Positions 29,476 through 40,743 of a DNA stretch of 60,678 bases are shown piece after piece. The stretch is from Verrucomicrobiota bacterium (GTDB taxonomy: Bacteria > Verrucomicrobiota > Verrucomicrobiia > Limisphaerales > CANJSG01). The position numbers were made by a program, and so were the translations under genes. The DNA lies in the NCBI GenBank assembly GCA_038209745.1, contig JBBQXJ010000019.1:1-60678 (forward strand), given 5' to 3'. Position 1 is the first letter of the stretch; each line of letters starts with the position of its first letter. The notes below the pieces were generated by a model. That model worked only from the letters and a program-made list of their open reading frames with translations. It made no database searches and had not been told where the DNA came from.

Positions 29476-29885
29476 TCCGGCTACACGGTTTGGATCCGGG
29501 GCGGCACCTTCCATTTGGACAATTCGCATCTCACCGCCACCAACGCGCCGTGGGCCATCGTCTTCAGTCTCATCCAGTGCCGCGTCAGCTATCGGGCTTA
29601 TCCGGGCGAACGGCCGGTCTTCGACTTCTCCAAGGTCCGACCTGACGGCTATCGGGTGACGATCGCGGGCAGCCACACCCAGTCCGAGTGTTTCCGCGTG
29701 GCCGGCGGCAACCGGAACCGTTTCGAGCGGCTCGCGCTGCACGAAGGCATGGGCACCGGTTGGGATCTGACCTCGGGCGCGAGCCACCTGGTGTTGAACT
29801 GCGACGCCTACAACGAACTGCGACGCCTACAACAATCGCGGTCTCGATAGCGGCTCCATCGGCAAGATCAACGGCTTCGGCCTGA
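29476..29885 (+). pseudogene. Decayed fragment of a right-handed beta-helix pectate lyase (PL9/DUF4990-like)
   Basis: TVWIRGGT, AYPGERPVFDFS, HTQSECFR, NCDAYN; no start or signal peptide; a 19-bp tandem duplication (29796-29833) shifts the frame, which continues NRGLDSGSIGKINGFG and then stops. Confidence 0.75.
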
Positions 29886-29956
29886 ATCCGTCTTCGACCC
29901 GCCATCGCGGCAACGCGGCCCCACCGATTTGTAACGGCTCAGGTTGGAAGTCCGAC

Positions 29957-32704
29957 CTATTTGGCCGGAGCAAGGGTGAGCGAGCTCAAGACCATCAACT
30001 GGTCGTTGGGCTTGGCCGTGGCGTTCTTGAAGAGCACGAAGAGCGTGTGTTGGCCGTGGGTTTCCTTGAGCGGAATGGAGACGCCGCCGGCGATGGGCGC
30101 GGCGGTCTGCGCGCCGGGGGTGGAGATGCCGTGGTCGAGCGAGACCGGTGCGGATTTCTCGGCTCCGCCGGTCGAGGCGGAGAGCGAGGCGTTGCCGAGG
30201 AGCGTTCCGTTCACCGGATCATCCAAACGGACCTCGATGTCGCCGCCGGCTTGGCCCTGGGCGATCAGCTCCAGTCGGCCGACTCCCGTCAGGTCCACAT
30301 CGCTGATCTGCCAGCGGGCGCCGGATTTGGCGAAGGTCTTTCCGTTGCGGGATTCCAGCCCGCTGGTCTGCTTCGCGCTTTTGATCGGGAAGATCGGGCT
30401 GTGCAGCACTTGGAGGGATTCGCCGCTAAGGGGCGTGCCGGCGTCGCCGCCCTGGTCGGTGTAGGCGGCTCGGAGGATGAGCGAGCTGTCGGCGTCGTCC
30501 TTCGGCGGATGCGGCACGAAGCTCCCGGTCAGAGGCAGGGGCTGGGTGTTCGGGCCGCCGAGGCTGAGGATGTATTGCAGGATCGACGCGGCTTCGTTCT
30601 CGGAGATCCGCGCGTTCGGCGGCATGGAGACTTCGCCCCAGGAACCGTTGCCGCCGGTCACGATCTTCTTGGCCAGCCGGTCCGGCGCCGCGGCATCGCC
30701 GCGATATTTGGCGGCGATCTGGGTGAAGCTCGGGCCGACCAGCTTGCCGTCGACGAGATGGCAGGCTCGGCAGCTGCCCTGGGCGATCAGGGCCTGGGCC
30801 ACGGGGAAGCGCGCGGCGGCGGCTTCGCCCGGAGCGGCGCCCTTCAGCTTGGCCACGTCGAAGTCGGCCGCAGCATAGTCGATGCTCAGGGCCACGCGTT
30901 CGGCTGGGATCTTGCCGCTGGCCAACGTGCCGTCTTCGGCATCGCTGACGTCGACCGAGTAGGCCAAAGCATGGTCCGGGAAATAGAACATCGAATTGCC
31001 CTTGGTTTTCACCGCGACGACCGGCGGCTCGTTGCCGGAGACGATGCCGACGGTCTTGCTGTCGCTGGCGCCGGCGGGATCGGTCACGGTGAGTCGGGCG
31101 ACGACGGAGCCCACGCTGTCGAGCCGCACGGTGGGGTTGGCCGTGGTGAAGACTTTCGGCGCGACGCCGGTCTCGAAGACGTCCCAATGGTAGGCCAGCG
31201 CGTCGCCGTCTGGATCGCGGGTGCCGGCGGAACTCAGCTTCACGTCGAAGGGAGGCACGCCCCCGGTCTTGTCGGCGGCGACCATCGCGATGGGCTTGCG
31301 GTTGCCGCCCTCGTATTCGATGCGGACGAGCTTGGCGTCGGCGCTGAATTGGAACCATTTGCTGCCATATTCCAGCACGTAGAGATCGCCGCTGGGGCCG
31401 AACTTCAGATCGATGGGCTCGATGGGTTTGTAGTCCTTTAGGATCCGCTCCATCGAGGCGTAGTCGCCGTTGGACTTCATCGAGATCGACACGATCAAGT
31501 TCCGGGACAGTTCTGCGGCGATCCATCTGCCCTCGTAGTAGGCGGGCCAAGGACGTGCGGCGTCGGGGAAATCCGCCCGCCGATAGACCGGGCCACCGAC
31601 GGCCGCACGACCACCGCTGCCCAGTTCGGGGAACTTGTCCGAAACGGCGTAGGGATAGTAGATGAACGACGGCGCCATCGGCGGCAGTTCCTTCAGGCCG
31701 GTGTTGTTCGGGGAATTGTTGACCGGATGGGTGGGATCCTTGGGCGCGCCGGGTTTGTTTGCGGCGTAGTCGAACCACGGGAAGGCCGATTCGCCGACGA
31801 AGTAGGGCCAGCCGAAGAAGCCGGGGCTGCGGGCCTGGTTCAATTCGTCATAGCCGCGCGGGCCGATCTCCGTGTCCTTCTGCGCGTCGGGGCCGATCTC
31901 GCCCCAATAGACGTAGCCTGTCTGGCTGTCCACGGACACGCGCCAGGCGTTGCGATGGCCCATCGTGTAGATCTCGGGCCGCGTCTTCGCTGTGCCGGGC
32001 GGAAACAGGTTGCCTTTCGGGATCGTGTAGCTGCCGTCCGGTTCGGGATGGATGCGGAGGATCTTGCCTTCGAGGCTGTCGGTGCTGGCCGTGCCGCGTT
32101 GATCGTCCCAGCTGCTGCGGCCGGGCCGTTCATCGGTGTGGGCCGTGAGGGCGTTGCCCGTGTTGTTGCCAATGGTGACGTAGAGATTGCCGGCCTTGTC
32201 CCACGTCATGCCGCCGCCCGTGTGGCAGCAGGTTTCCCGTTGGGCGTGCCATTCCAGCATGACCTTCTCGGAATTGGCCACGAGCACGTCGTCGTGGACG
32301 TCCCAGCGGCTGATGACGGCCTTCGGCTCGGTGGGATGGAAGTAGTAGAGATAGATGTGCCCGTTCTCGGCGAACTTGGGATCCACGGTCAGACCCACGA
32401 GTCCCTGCTCCTGGTTGCCGACGTTGTTGACCGAGAGCACGCCCATCGTTTTCACGCCCGGGATCTTCGGGTCGTAAACCTTCAACACGCCCCGGCGCTC
32501 GATGAGGTAGACCCGGCCGTCGGGCAGGACGCTGAACTCCATCGGCTCATTGAGCGTGCCTTCGGTCAGCACGACGGCAGTGAACCGGCTGGGATCGGGC
32601 GCCGTTCCGGGTTCTGCGGCGCGGAGGGAAGAGGCGAACGGAAAGGATAACAACACGGCCGCGAGGAGAGCGGCGCGTCCCGGGAAGGGGGAACGAATGG
32701 GCAT
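29957..32704 (-). CDS. Secreted PQQ-dependent sugar dehydrogenase (GSDH) + PKD + cytochrome c + CBM6-like protein
   Basis: Signal peptide; EQGLVGL..DPKF, CCHTGGG, GKILRIHP, EIYTMGHRN, DPDGDAL.Y.WD, heme motif CRACH...VGPSF. Confidence 0.88.
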   Translation of the reverse strand: MPIRSPFPGRAALLAAVLLSFPFASSLRAAEPGTAPDPSRFTAVVLTEGTLNEPMEFSVLPDGRVYLIERRGVLKVYDPKIPGVKTMGVLSVNNVGNQEQGLVGLTVDPKFAENGHIYLYYFHPTEPKAVISRWDVHDDVLVANSEKVMLEWHAQRETCCHTGGGMTWDKAGNLYVTIGNNTGNALTAHTDERPGRSSWDDQRGTASTDSLEGKILRIHPEPDGSYTIPKGNLFPPGTAKTRPEIYTMGHRNAWRVSVDSQTGYVYWGEIGPDAQKDTEIGPRGYDELNQARSPGFFGWPYFVGESAFPWFDYAANKPGAPKDPTHPVNNSPNNTGLKELPPMAPSFIYYPYAVSDKFPELGSGGRAAVGGPVYRRADFPDAARPWPAYYEGRWIAAELSRNLIVSISMKSNGDYASMERILKDYKPIEPIDLKFGPSGDLYVLEYGSKWFQFSADAKLVRIEYEGGNRKPIAMVAADKTGGVPPFDVKLSSAGTRDPDGDALAYHWDVFETGVAPKVFTTANPTVRLDSVGSVVARLTVTDPAGASDSKTVGIVSGNEPPVVAVKTKGNSMFYFPDHALAYSVDVSDAEDGTLASGKIPAERVALSIDYAAADFDVAKLKGAAPGEAAAARFPVAQALIAQGSCRACHLVDGKLVGPSFTQIAAKYRGDAAAPDRLAKKIVTGGNGSWGEVSMPPNARISENEAASILQYILSLGGPNTQPLPLTGSFVPHPPKDDADSSLILRAAYTDQGGDAGTPLSGESLQVLHSPIFPIKSAKQTSGLESRNGKTFAKSGARWQISDVDLTGVGRLELIAQGQAGGDIEVRLDDPVNGTLLGNASLSASTGGAEKSAPVSLDHGISTPGAQTAAPIAGGVSIPLKETHGQHTLFVLFKNATAKPNDQLMVLSSLTLAPAK

Positions 32705-33012
32705 GGGCGGATTTGGCGGGGATGGACGCTCAGGAATCAAGAGCGATGTCGGCGGTTCGACGGCATCAAGGGTGGGGTTCTTCAGGCGCAATGGTCCCGA
32801 TCGAAGTGGATCTGCCTGCTCGTTGAACGTTTCCCGGGTCTGCCCTGAACGGGTGGGTCGGACCTGCTGGGTCGCCCCATTCTCCGCAAAGACGAGCCCA
32901 GCGACACTTTGATGAAACTTCGGCCGGCGCGATTTGATTCGTCCGCCCGGTGGTCCACCAGGCTTGACCCGTCTGGCCGCGTTTGCTTCCTTTCGAGCGC
33001 ATTCAGGATGCA

Positions 33013-33097
33013 TCCGGGTCCGCGGAAAGGGCTGAGCCCAACTGTCAATTGCCGGTATCACGATCAACCTTGATGCTGCCTGTCAGCGGACCTCGGG
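33013..33097 (+). ncRNA. Candidate structured cis-regulatory leader RNA of the ankyrin gene
   Basis: Closing stem ccg-ggtccgc (33014-23) / gcggacc-t-cgg (33086-96); inner gaaagg/cctgtc, gggc-tga-gccc and atca-acct-tgat; TTGACC at 32964; AGAAAGG before the ATG at 33116. Confidence 0.5.
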
Positions 33098-33115
33098 CTT
33101 CAGCAGAAAGGTTAT

Positions 33116-34639
33116 ATGTCCAAGCCGCTTCCCCCGCAGCCTGATCTGGAGCAACTCCGGAAACAGGCCAAAGACCTCCTCAAATCTCTCAAGTCCGGCA
33201 ACCCCGAGGCGCTCCGGCGCTTCCGGGAGAACCATCCGGACCATTCGTCTCTATTGGAGCAAGAAATGCAGACGGCGGCTGTTTCTCTGGCCGATGCGCA
33301 GCTCGTGCTCGCCCGGGAACATGGTTTCGCCAGTTGGCCAAAGCTCAAGGATCACGTGGACGCCATCCTGATCGAGAGCGGCGATCCGCTGGAGCTCCTG
33401 AAGAACGCGTTCCACGCGGATGATGCTTCGTTGTTCGCCAAGCTGCTCGTCCGCCATCCCGCGATCAAAGCCCGCCTCAACGAGCCCATCGGGCCCTTCG
33501 ATTCGCCGCCCATCACCCACGTCAAGAGCCGGGAGATGCTGGATGTCTTCCTGGCTGCTGGAGGGGACATCGATGCCAAGAGCCGCTGGTGGGCGGGTGG
33601 CTTTGGCCTGCTGCACAACGCGCCGCCCGAGCTGGCCGCCTACGCCATCGAACGCGGCGCCGTGGTGGACATTCACGCGGCGGCGCGGCTCGGCCGGATG
33701 GACCGGCTCCGGGAACGGGTTGCGGCGGATCCGTCGCTCGTTCACGCCCGAGGCGGCGACGGCCAGACGCCGCTGCATTTCGCGAGCACCGTCGAGATCG
33801 CCGAGTTTCTGCTGAATCTCGGTGCCGACATCGACGCCCGCGACTTGGACCATGAATCCACCCCGGCCCAGTGGATGCTCGGCGACCGGCCGGAGATCGC
33901 GCGGTTCCTGGTCCAGCGCGGTTGCCGGACCGACCTGCTCATGGCCGCTGCGCTCGGCGATGTGGATCGGGTCCGCCGTCATCTGGATGCGGAGCCGGGC
34001 TCCGTTTCGATGCGGGTGTCCGACGAATTCTTTCCGAAAATCAATCCACGGGCCGGCGGCACGATCTACCAATGGACCCTCGGCCCGGACCTGTCGGCCC
34101 ATGAAGCGGCGCGGAAGTTCGGCCACACGGATGTGCTCCGGCTGCTCATGGAGCGAAGCCCGGCCGAACTGAAGCTGCTCGCGGTCGCGCTCGGCGGCGA
34201 TGGGGTGGCGGTGACGGCGCTCCTGGCTGCCCATCCCGGATTGGTCGCCAGCCTGTCCGGTTCCACCCAGAGCCATCTGGCCCATGCCGCCCGCAACAAC
34301 AACCTCGCCGCCGTCCGGGTGATGCTCGGAGCCGGCTGGCCCGTGGACGCGAAGGGCCAGCACCAGGGCACGGCGCTCCATTGGGCCGCGTTTCATGGAA
34401 ACCTGGAAATGGTCGAGGCCATCCTGCCGCACCGGCCGCCGCTGGATCTGCCCGACGCCGACCACAAGGCGCCGCCCATCGGCTGGGCGACCTTTGGTTC
34501 CGAGCACGGATGGCATCGCGCCACCGGCAATTACGCGGGCGTGGTGGAAGCCTTGATCCGCGTGGGAGTGAAGCTGCCCAGACAACTCGCCGGAACGGAC
34601 GCGGTGAAGGAGGTTTTGCGGCGAAACCGGGCCGGGTAG
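33116..34639 (+). CDS. Ankyrin-repeat protein with N-terminal LPxxPDLEQLRKQAKDLL module
   Basis: LADAQLVLAREHGFASWPKLK N-domain; ankyrin motifs GGDGQTPLHFA, GADIDARD, GTALHWAAFHGN. Confidence 0.9.
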   Translation: MSKPLPPQPDLEQLRKQAKDLLKSLKSGNPEALRRFRENHPDHSSLLEQEMQTAAVSLADAQLVLAREHGFASWPKLKDHVDAILIESGDPLELLKNAFHADDASLFAKLLVRHPAIKARLNEPIGPFDSPPITHVKSREMLDVFLAAGGDIDAKSRWWAGGFGLLHNAPPELAAYAIERGAVVDIHAAARLGRMDRLRERVAADPSLVHARGGDGQTPLHFASTVEIAEFLLNLGADIDARDLDHESTPAQWMLGDRPEIARFLVQRGCRTDLLMAAALGDVDRVRRHLDAEPGSVSMRVSDEFFPKINPRAGGTIYQWTLGPDLSAHEAARKFGHTDVLRLLMERSPAELKLLAVALGGDGVAVTALLAAHPGLVASLSGSTQSHLAHAARNNNLAAVRVMLGAGWPVDAKGQHQGTALHWAAFHGNLEMVEAILPHRPPLDLPDADHKAPPIGWATFGSEHGWHRATGNYAGVVEALIRVGVKLPRQLAGTDAVKEVLRRNRAG

Positions 34640-34793
34640 GCCAGATGGTTCGTCTGTTTGGTCGCACAACCGATCTGGCGGCCCTTCATTTCAAAGGAGC
34701 GGATCTCCGTTTCGTGCAGGGTTTGGTTCCGGGGAAATCGCTGAATCAACCCGCAGCGCGTTCGAGAGAAGTTTGGAATGCGGACGGACAAAG

Positions 34794-34941
34794 CAACCTG
34801 AAAGGTTGTTATCCATTCGCCGGGGGTTGAGGAGCGCGGAGCGCGACGACACCCCTCCAGGGTGCGGGTCGCTGCGCGGACGCTTTCCGGGGGTGTCGCT
34901 GAGCTCAACCCCCGGCGAATGGATGCCAACCCTCCGGGTTG
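34794..34941. repeat. REP/BIME-like palindromic element
   Basis: caacctgaaaggttgttatccattcgccgggggttgag is inverted relative to ctcaacccccggcgaatggatgccaaccctccgggttg. Confidence 0.8.
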
Positions 34942-34950
34942 GACGCCCAT

Positions 34951-35127
34951 GCCCGAAGGCCACGAACGTGAGTAGCTGCGGGCGACAGCCCGGACCTCAG
35001 ACAGTCGGACGAAGCAACTGCGAAGCGGTTGAACCATGTGGGGTTCGACCGCTTCGCGGTCACGGGCTCTGCGGCGGGTGGTCTCCGGGTTGCACCCGGA
35101 GCTATTCACGTTCAAGGCCTCCGGCCT
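34951..35127. repeat. Second, different nested palindromic repeat
   Basis: Outer gaacgtgagtagct / agctattcacgttc; inner gcgaagcggttgaacc / ggttcgaccgcttcgc. Confidence 0.75.
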
Positions 35128-35149
35128 TGAAAATGCGGCCACGGCTTAA

Positions 35150-36718
<1,569 letters not shown>

Positions 36719-36794
36719 GCCTAAAAACGGCCAAAAGCGATGCTTGCCAAAGGCGATGCGGCCACTAAAGGTTTGCGGCTCACGTTTTGAGCCT

Positions 36795-37136
36795 ATGAAT
36801 TTTGCCTCAGTTTCAGGATTGATCGCCTTGGCGCCCTCTGCGCCCGGAACCAGCTCCGCACCGGCATGGACCGGGGTGCTCCCGCTGGTTCTCATGATCG
36901 TCGTGTTCTACTTCCTGCTGATCCGTCCTCAGCAGAAGAAACAGAAGGAACACGAGAAGCTCATCAAGACGCTCCACGCCGGAGACAAGATCGTGACGAA
37001 CGGCGGCCTCGTCGGCGTGGTGATCACCGTCAAGGAAACCACCGTCAACATCCGCTCGAACGACTCGAAGCTCGAGATCCAGAAGGCGGCCGTCGCCCAG
37101 GTGACCGAACGCGGCGGCGAAGGCTCCGCCGCCTGA
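36795..37136 (+). CDS. yajC: Preprotein translocase subunit YajC
   Basis: FYFLLIRPQQKKQKEH, GDKIVTNGGLVG; tgt-yajC-secD synteny. Confidence 0.93.
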   Translation: MNFASVSGLIALAPSAPGTSSAPAWTGVLPLVLMIVVFYFLLIRPQQKKQKEHEKLIKTLHAGDKIVTNGGLVGVVITVKETTVNIRSNDSKLEIQKAAVAQVTERGGEGSAA

Positions 37137-37171
37137 TCCGACTCCACCCTCCTCCGACCCTTTTCCCGACC

Positions 37172-39727
37172 ATGAACCGCAACAACAAGCTCCGCTGGCT
37201 GATCGTTCTCTTTGTGACGGTCTGGGCGGTGTTCGAACTGACCCCGCCCACGTCCCGCGACCTCATCCAGGAGTTCAAGGACCTGTCTTCAAGCACGGAT
37301 CCCGGCTTCGACGCGATCGTGGCCGAGGCCCGGGCGATGCAGGCGACGAACTCCGCCAACGCGTTCGGCAACCTGCGCGCGGCGATCGGCACCAATGATC
37401 TCCGCCGCTACTTCGCCGGAATCAACGTCCAGGGCGAAGACGATCCGAACGCCTCGATCCTGAACCGGGTGCAGCGCAGCGCCGCCGGCAAGATCCGTCT
37501 CGGTCTCGATCTTCAGGGCGGCACCGAATTCCTGCTCGCCCTCGGTACGAACCGGGTCGACCAGATCGCCACGGCGACCAACGCGATCCCCGTCGAAGCG
37601 CGGCAGCGGGAGCGTTCCCGCCAGTTGACCCAGGCCATCGAGGTGCTCCGCAAGCGCGTGGACCGCTTCGGCGTCGCCGAGCCCGTCATCCTGCCCGTGG
37701 GCACCGACCGGATCAGCGTCCAGCTGCCCGGCTTGTCCGACGCGGATCGGCAGAACGCGCGGATCCAGATCGAGAAAGCCGCCGTGCTCGAGTTCCGTCT
37801 CGTCCACAAGGACAGCGAGAAGCTCCTGCAGGAAGGCATCATCGAGCCCGGCTACGAAGTGCTCTTCGAAACCAGAAAGCAGGAGGACGGCACCAAGGCC
37901 AAGTATCCCTATCTCGTCGAGAAGCAGTCGGCCGGCGGACTTGGTGGCAAGAACATCGTCAAGTCCTACGTCTACAACGAACCAATGACCGGCAAGCCGG
38001 AGATCTCCTTTTCGATGGATGCGGACGGAGCCCTCGCGTTTGAAAAAGTCACGCGGGAGAACATTGGTCGGCGTCTGGCCATCGTGCTCGACGGCGAAGT
38101 GTTTTCGGCGCCGAACATCAACGGCGTCATTCCCGGAGGCCGTGGGCAGATCACCGGTTCCTACACCGAGAAGGAAGCCGAGGCCCTGGCCAACGTCCTT
38201 CAGAACCCGTTGGAAACCCCCGTGAGCATCGTCGCCCAACGCGAGGTGGGCGCGACCCTCGGCACGGACTCGATCATCAGCGGCGTCCGTTCCGCCGTTA
38301 TCGGCGTGATCGCGGTCAGCCTCTTCATGCTGGTCTACTACCTCCGGGCCGGTCTGATCGCGAACGTGGCCCTGCTGCTCAACCTCGTCATCCTTCTCGG
38401 CGTCATGTGTTCCATCGACACCACGCTGACCCTGCCCGGCATCGCGGGCATCGTGCTGACCATCGGCATGGCGGTGGACGCGAACGTGCTGATCTATGAG
38501 CGAATCCGGGAGGAGTTGGACTCCGGCAAATCGATCCGTGGCGCGATCAACGCCGGCTACGACAAGGTGTTCGGCACCATCTTCGACGCGAACGTCACGA
38601 CCTTGATCTCCTCCGTCCTGCTGATCCTCCTCGGCACCGGCCCGGTCAAGGGCTTCGGCATCACGCTGACCATTGGCGTGGTCGTCTCCATGTTCACCGC
38701 GCTGGTGTTGACGCGTCTGATTTTCGATTTCTTGGCCGACCGCGGAATGCTCAAGTCGCTCAAGATGCTGTCCATCGTGAAGGGCGGGAAGATCGACTTC
38801 CTGAAGTATGCCAAGCCGGCCTTCATCCTGTCCTGGAGCCTCATCATCGTGGGGGTCTCCTATGTGACCTTCGAGGCCGTCACCGGGCGCCACCAGTTGC
38901 TGGGCGTCGACTTTGCCGGTGGCGACAACATCCTGATGAGCATCAAGCAACGCCCCGACAAACAGGGCGAAGCCGTTCGCGAAGTGGTGACCGGACTGAA
39001 TTTTGGCGATCCTACCGTCCAGTATCAAAGCGCGGCCAATGGCGGGGAGTTCCTCCGCGTGCTGACGGTCTTTGAAAAGGGCGACGAGGTGGTCGCCGCA
39101 CTCAAGGCCAAGTTCCCCGCGTCCGGCATTCAGGTCATCGGCGTGGACCGCGTGGGCCCGGTCATCGGCAAGGAGATCGCCCAGACAGCCGTTTTTTCGT
39201 CGATCCTCGCGCTGTTCGGCATCCTCGTCTACGTGGCCTTCCGTTATGACACGGCCTTCGCCGTGGGCGCGGTGGTGGCGATCATCCACGACGTGCTGAT
39301 GACAATGGCCTGGTTCTTCCTGACCGAGCGCCAGCTCAGCGCTCCGATGGTGGCGGCGATCCTCACCATCATCGGCTTCTCCATCAACGACACGATCGTC
39401 ATCTTCGACCGCATCCGCGAGGACCTGAAGCTGGGCGTGCCCGGCACGTTCAAGGAAGTGATGAACAAGGCGCTCAACCAGACCCTGAGCCGCACGATCA
39501 TCACCTCCGGCACGGTGTTTCTGGCGACGCTCTCGCTCTACCTCTTCGGCGGCGGCGTGATCAACGACTTCGCCTTCACCTTCCTCGTCGGCATCCTGAC
39601 GGGCACCTACTCCTCCATCTACATCGCCAGCGCGCTGGTGCTCTGGTGGCACAAGGGCAAGCGTCCGGACAAGCTGACCACCGAGGTGAGGGTCGTGGCT
39701 CCGGCGGGTTCGCCGGCCAAGGCCTGA
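37172..39727 (+). CDS. secDF: Fused protein translocase subunit SecDF
   Basis: LGLDLQGG, RVDRFGVAEP, LAIVLDG, TLPGIAGIVLTIGMAVDANVLIYERIREE, GVDFAGG, GFSINDTIVIFDRIRE, GTYSSIYIAS. Confidence 0.95.
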   Translation: MNRNNKLRWLIVLFVTVWAVFELTPPTSRDLIQEFKDLSSSTDPGFDAIVAEARAMQATNSANAFGNLRAAIGTNDLRRYFAGINVQGEDDPNASILNRVQRSAAGKIRLGLDLQGGTEFLLALGTNRVDQIATATNAIPVEARQRERSRQLTQAIEVLRKRVDRFGVAEPVILPVGTDRISVQLPGLSDADRQNARIQIEKAAVLEFRLVHKDSEKLLQEGIIEPGYEVLFETRKQEDGTKAKYPYLVEKQSAGGLGGKNIVKSYVYNEPMTGKPEISFSMDADGALAFEKVTRENIGRRLAIVLDGEVFSAPNINGVIPGGRGQITGSYTEKEAEALANVLQNPLETPVSIVAQREVGATLGTDSIISGVRSAVIGVIAVSLFMLVYYLRAGLIANVALLLNLVILLGVMCSIDTTLTLPGIAGIVLTIGMAVDANVLIYERIREELDSGKSIRGAINAGYDKVFGTIFDANVTTLISSVLLILLGTGPVKGFGITLTIGVVVSMFTALVLTRLIFDFLADRGMLKSLKMLSIVKGGKIDFLKYAKPAFILSWSLIIVGVSYVTFEAVTGRHQLLGVDFAGGDNILMSIKQRPDKQGEAVREVVTGLNFGDPTVQYQSAANGGEFLRVLTVFEKGDEVVAALKAKFPASGIQVIGVDRVGPVIGKEIAQTAVFSSILALFGILVYVAFRYDTAFAVGAVVAIIHDVLMTMAWFFLTERQLSAPMVAAILTIIGFSINDTIVIFDRIREDLKLGVPGTFKEVMNKALNQTLSRTIITSGTVFLATLSLYLFGGGVINDFAFTFLVGILTGTYSSIYIASALVLWWHKGKRPDKLTTEVRVVAPAGSPAKA

Positions 39728-39733
39728 TCGGTC

Positions 39734-40729
39734 ATGCTGCTGGCGCTGACTCAAATCTCGCCCCTGCACTGGGCCGCCTTCGTGGCGGCCGTTCTTTTTT
39801 TCCTCGCGCTCGATCTGGGCGTCTTCCATCGCAAGGCCCACGTCGTTTCCTTCAAGGAGGCGATGGGCTGGACCACCGTCTGGTTCACGCTGGCGATGGT
39901 CTTCGCCTTCTTCGTGGCGCCCGCGATGGCGGGCAATTGGCAGCAGAAGGACACGGAGGAATTCGTCACGGGCTACCTCATCGAATTGTCGCTCTCGATG
40001 GACAATGTCTTCGTCATCGCCCTGATCTTTTCCTTCTTCAAGGTGCCCTTGGCCTATCAGCACCGGGTCCTCTTCTGGGGAATCCTCGGGGCGCTGGTCA
40101 TGCGAGGGGGGTTGATCTGGGGCGGATCGGCCCTGATCCAGCGTTTCGATTGGCTGCTCTACGGACTGGGCGCCTTCCTTGTGTTCAGCGGGCTCAAGAT
40201 GCTCTGCACGGACGGAGACGGCGTCGATCTGGAGAACAACCGGATCGTCCGCCTGTCGCGCCGTCACCTCCCGTTTACGGACCGGTTCGAGGGACCTCGA
40301 TTTGTGACGAAGAAGGACGGTCGACGCCTTTTCACGCCGCTGTTTCTCGTGTTGATCATCGTGGAAACGACCGACCTCGTCTTCGCGGTCGATTCCATAC
40401 CCGCCATCTTCGGGATCACGAAGAACCCCTTCATCGTTTTCACCTCGAACGTCTTCGCCATCCTCGGACTGCGATCGCTCTACTTCGTCCTCGCCGGAGC
40501 CATCGGCTATTTCCGCTACTTGAAATACGGTCTGTCGGTCGTGCTGGTCTTCATCGGCGCCAAGATGCTGGCCGGGATCTGGGATGCCCATTTGGAGCCG
40601 CGCTATTCGCTCTGCGTCGTGGTCGGGATCCTCGTGGTGTCGGTGGCTGCGTCGCTGGTGGCAGGTTCGTTGGAACGGCGGCGCAGAACCCTTCGCGCAA
40701 AGGGCGGACCCCGTTCGGGATCGTCCTAG
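39734..40729 (+). CDS. terC: TerC/Alx-family membrane protein
   Basis: GYLIELSLSMDNVFV, QHRVLFWGILGALVMR, ETTDLVFAVDSIPAIF, SNVFAILGLRSLYF. Confidence 0.92.
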   Translation: MLLALTQISPLHWAAFVAAVLFFLALDLGVFHRKAHVVSFKEAMGWTTVWFTLAMVFAFFVAPAMAGNWQQKDTEEFVTGYLIELSLSMDNVFVIALIFSFFKVPLAYQHRVLFWGILGALVMRGGLIWGGSALIQRFDWLLYGLGAFLVFSGLKMLCTDGDGVDLENNRIVRLSRRHLPFTDRFEGPRFVTKKDGRRLFTPLFLVLIIVETTDLVFAVDSIPAIFGITKNPFIVFTSNVFAILGLRSLYFVLAGAIGYFRYLKYGLSVVLVFIGAKMLAGIWDAHLEPRYSLCVVVGILVVSVAASLVAGSLERRRRTLRAKGGPRSGSS

Positions 40730-40743
40730 TCCTGAATCTGCCC

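Noticed and set aside
39727..39734. yybP-ykoY Mn riboswitch expected before terC/alx
   Set aside because: Only 6 nt separate secDF and terC
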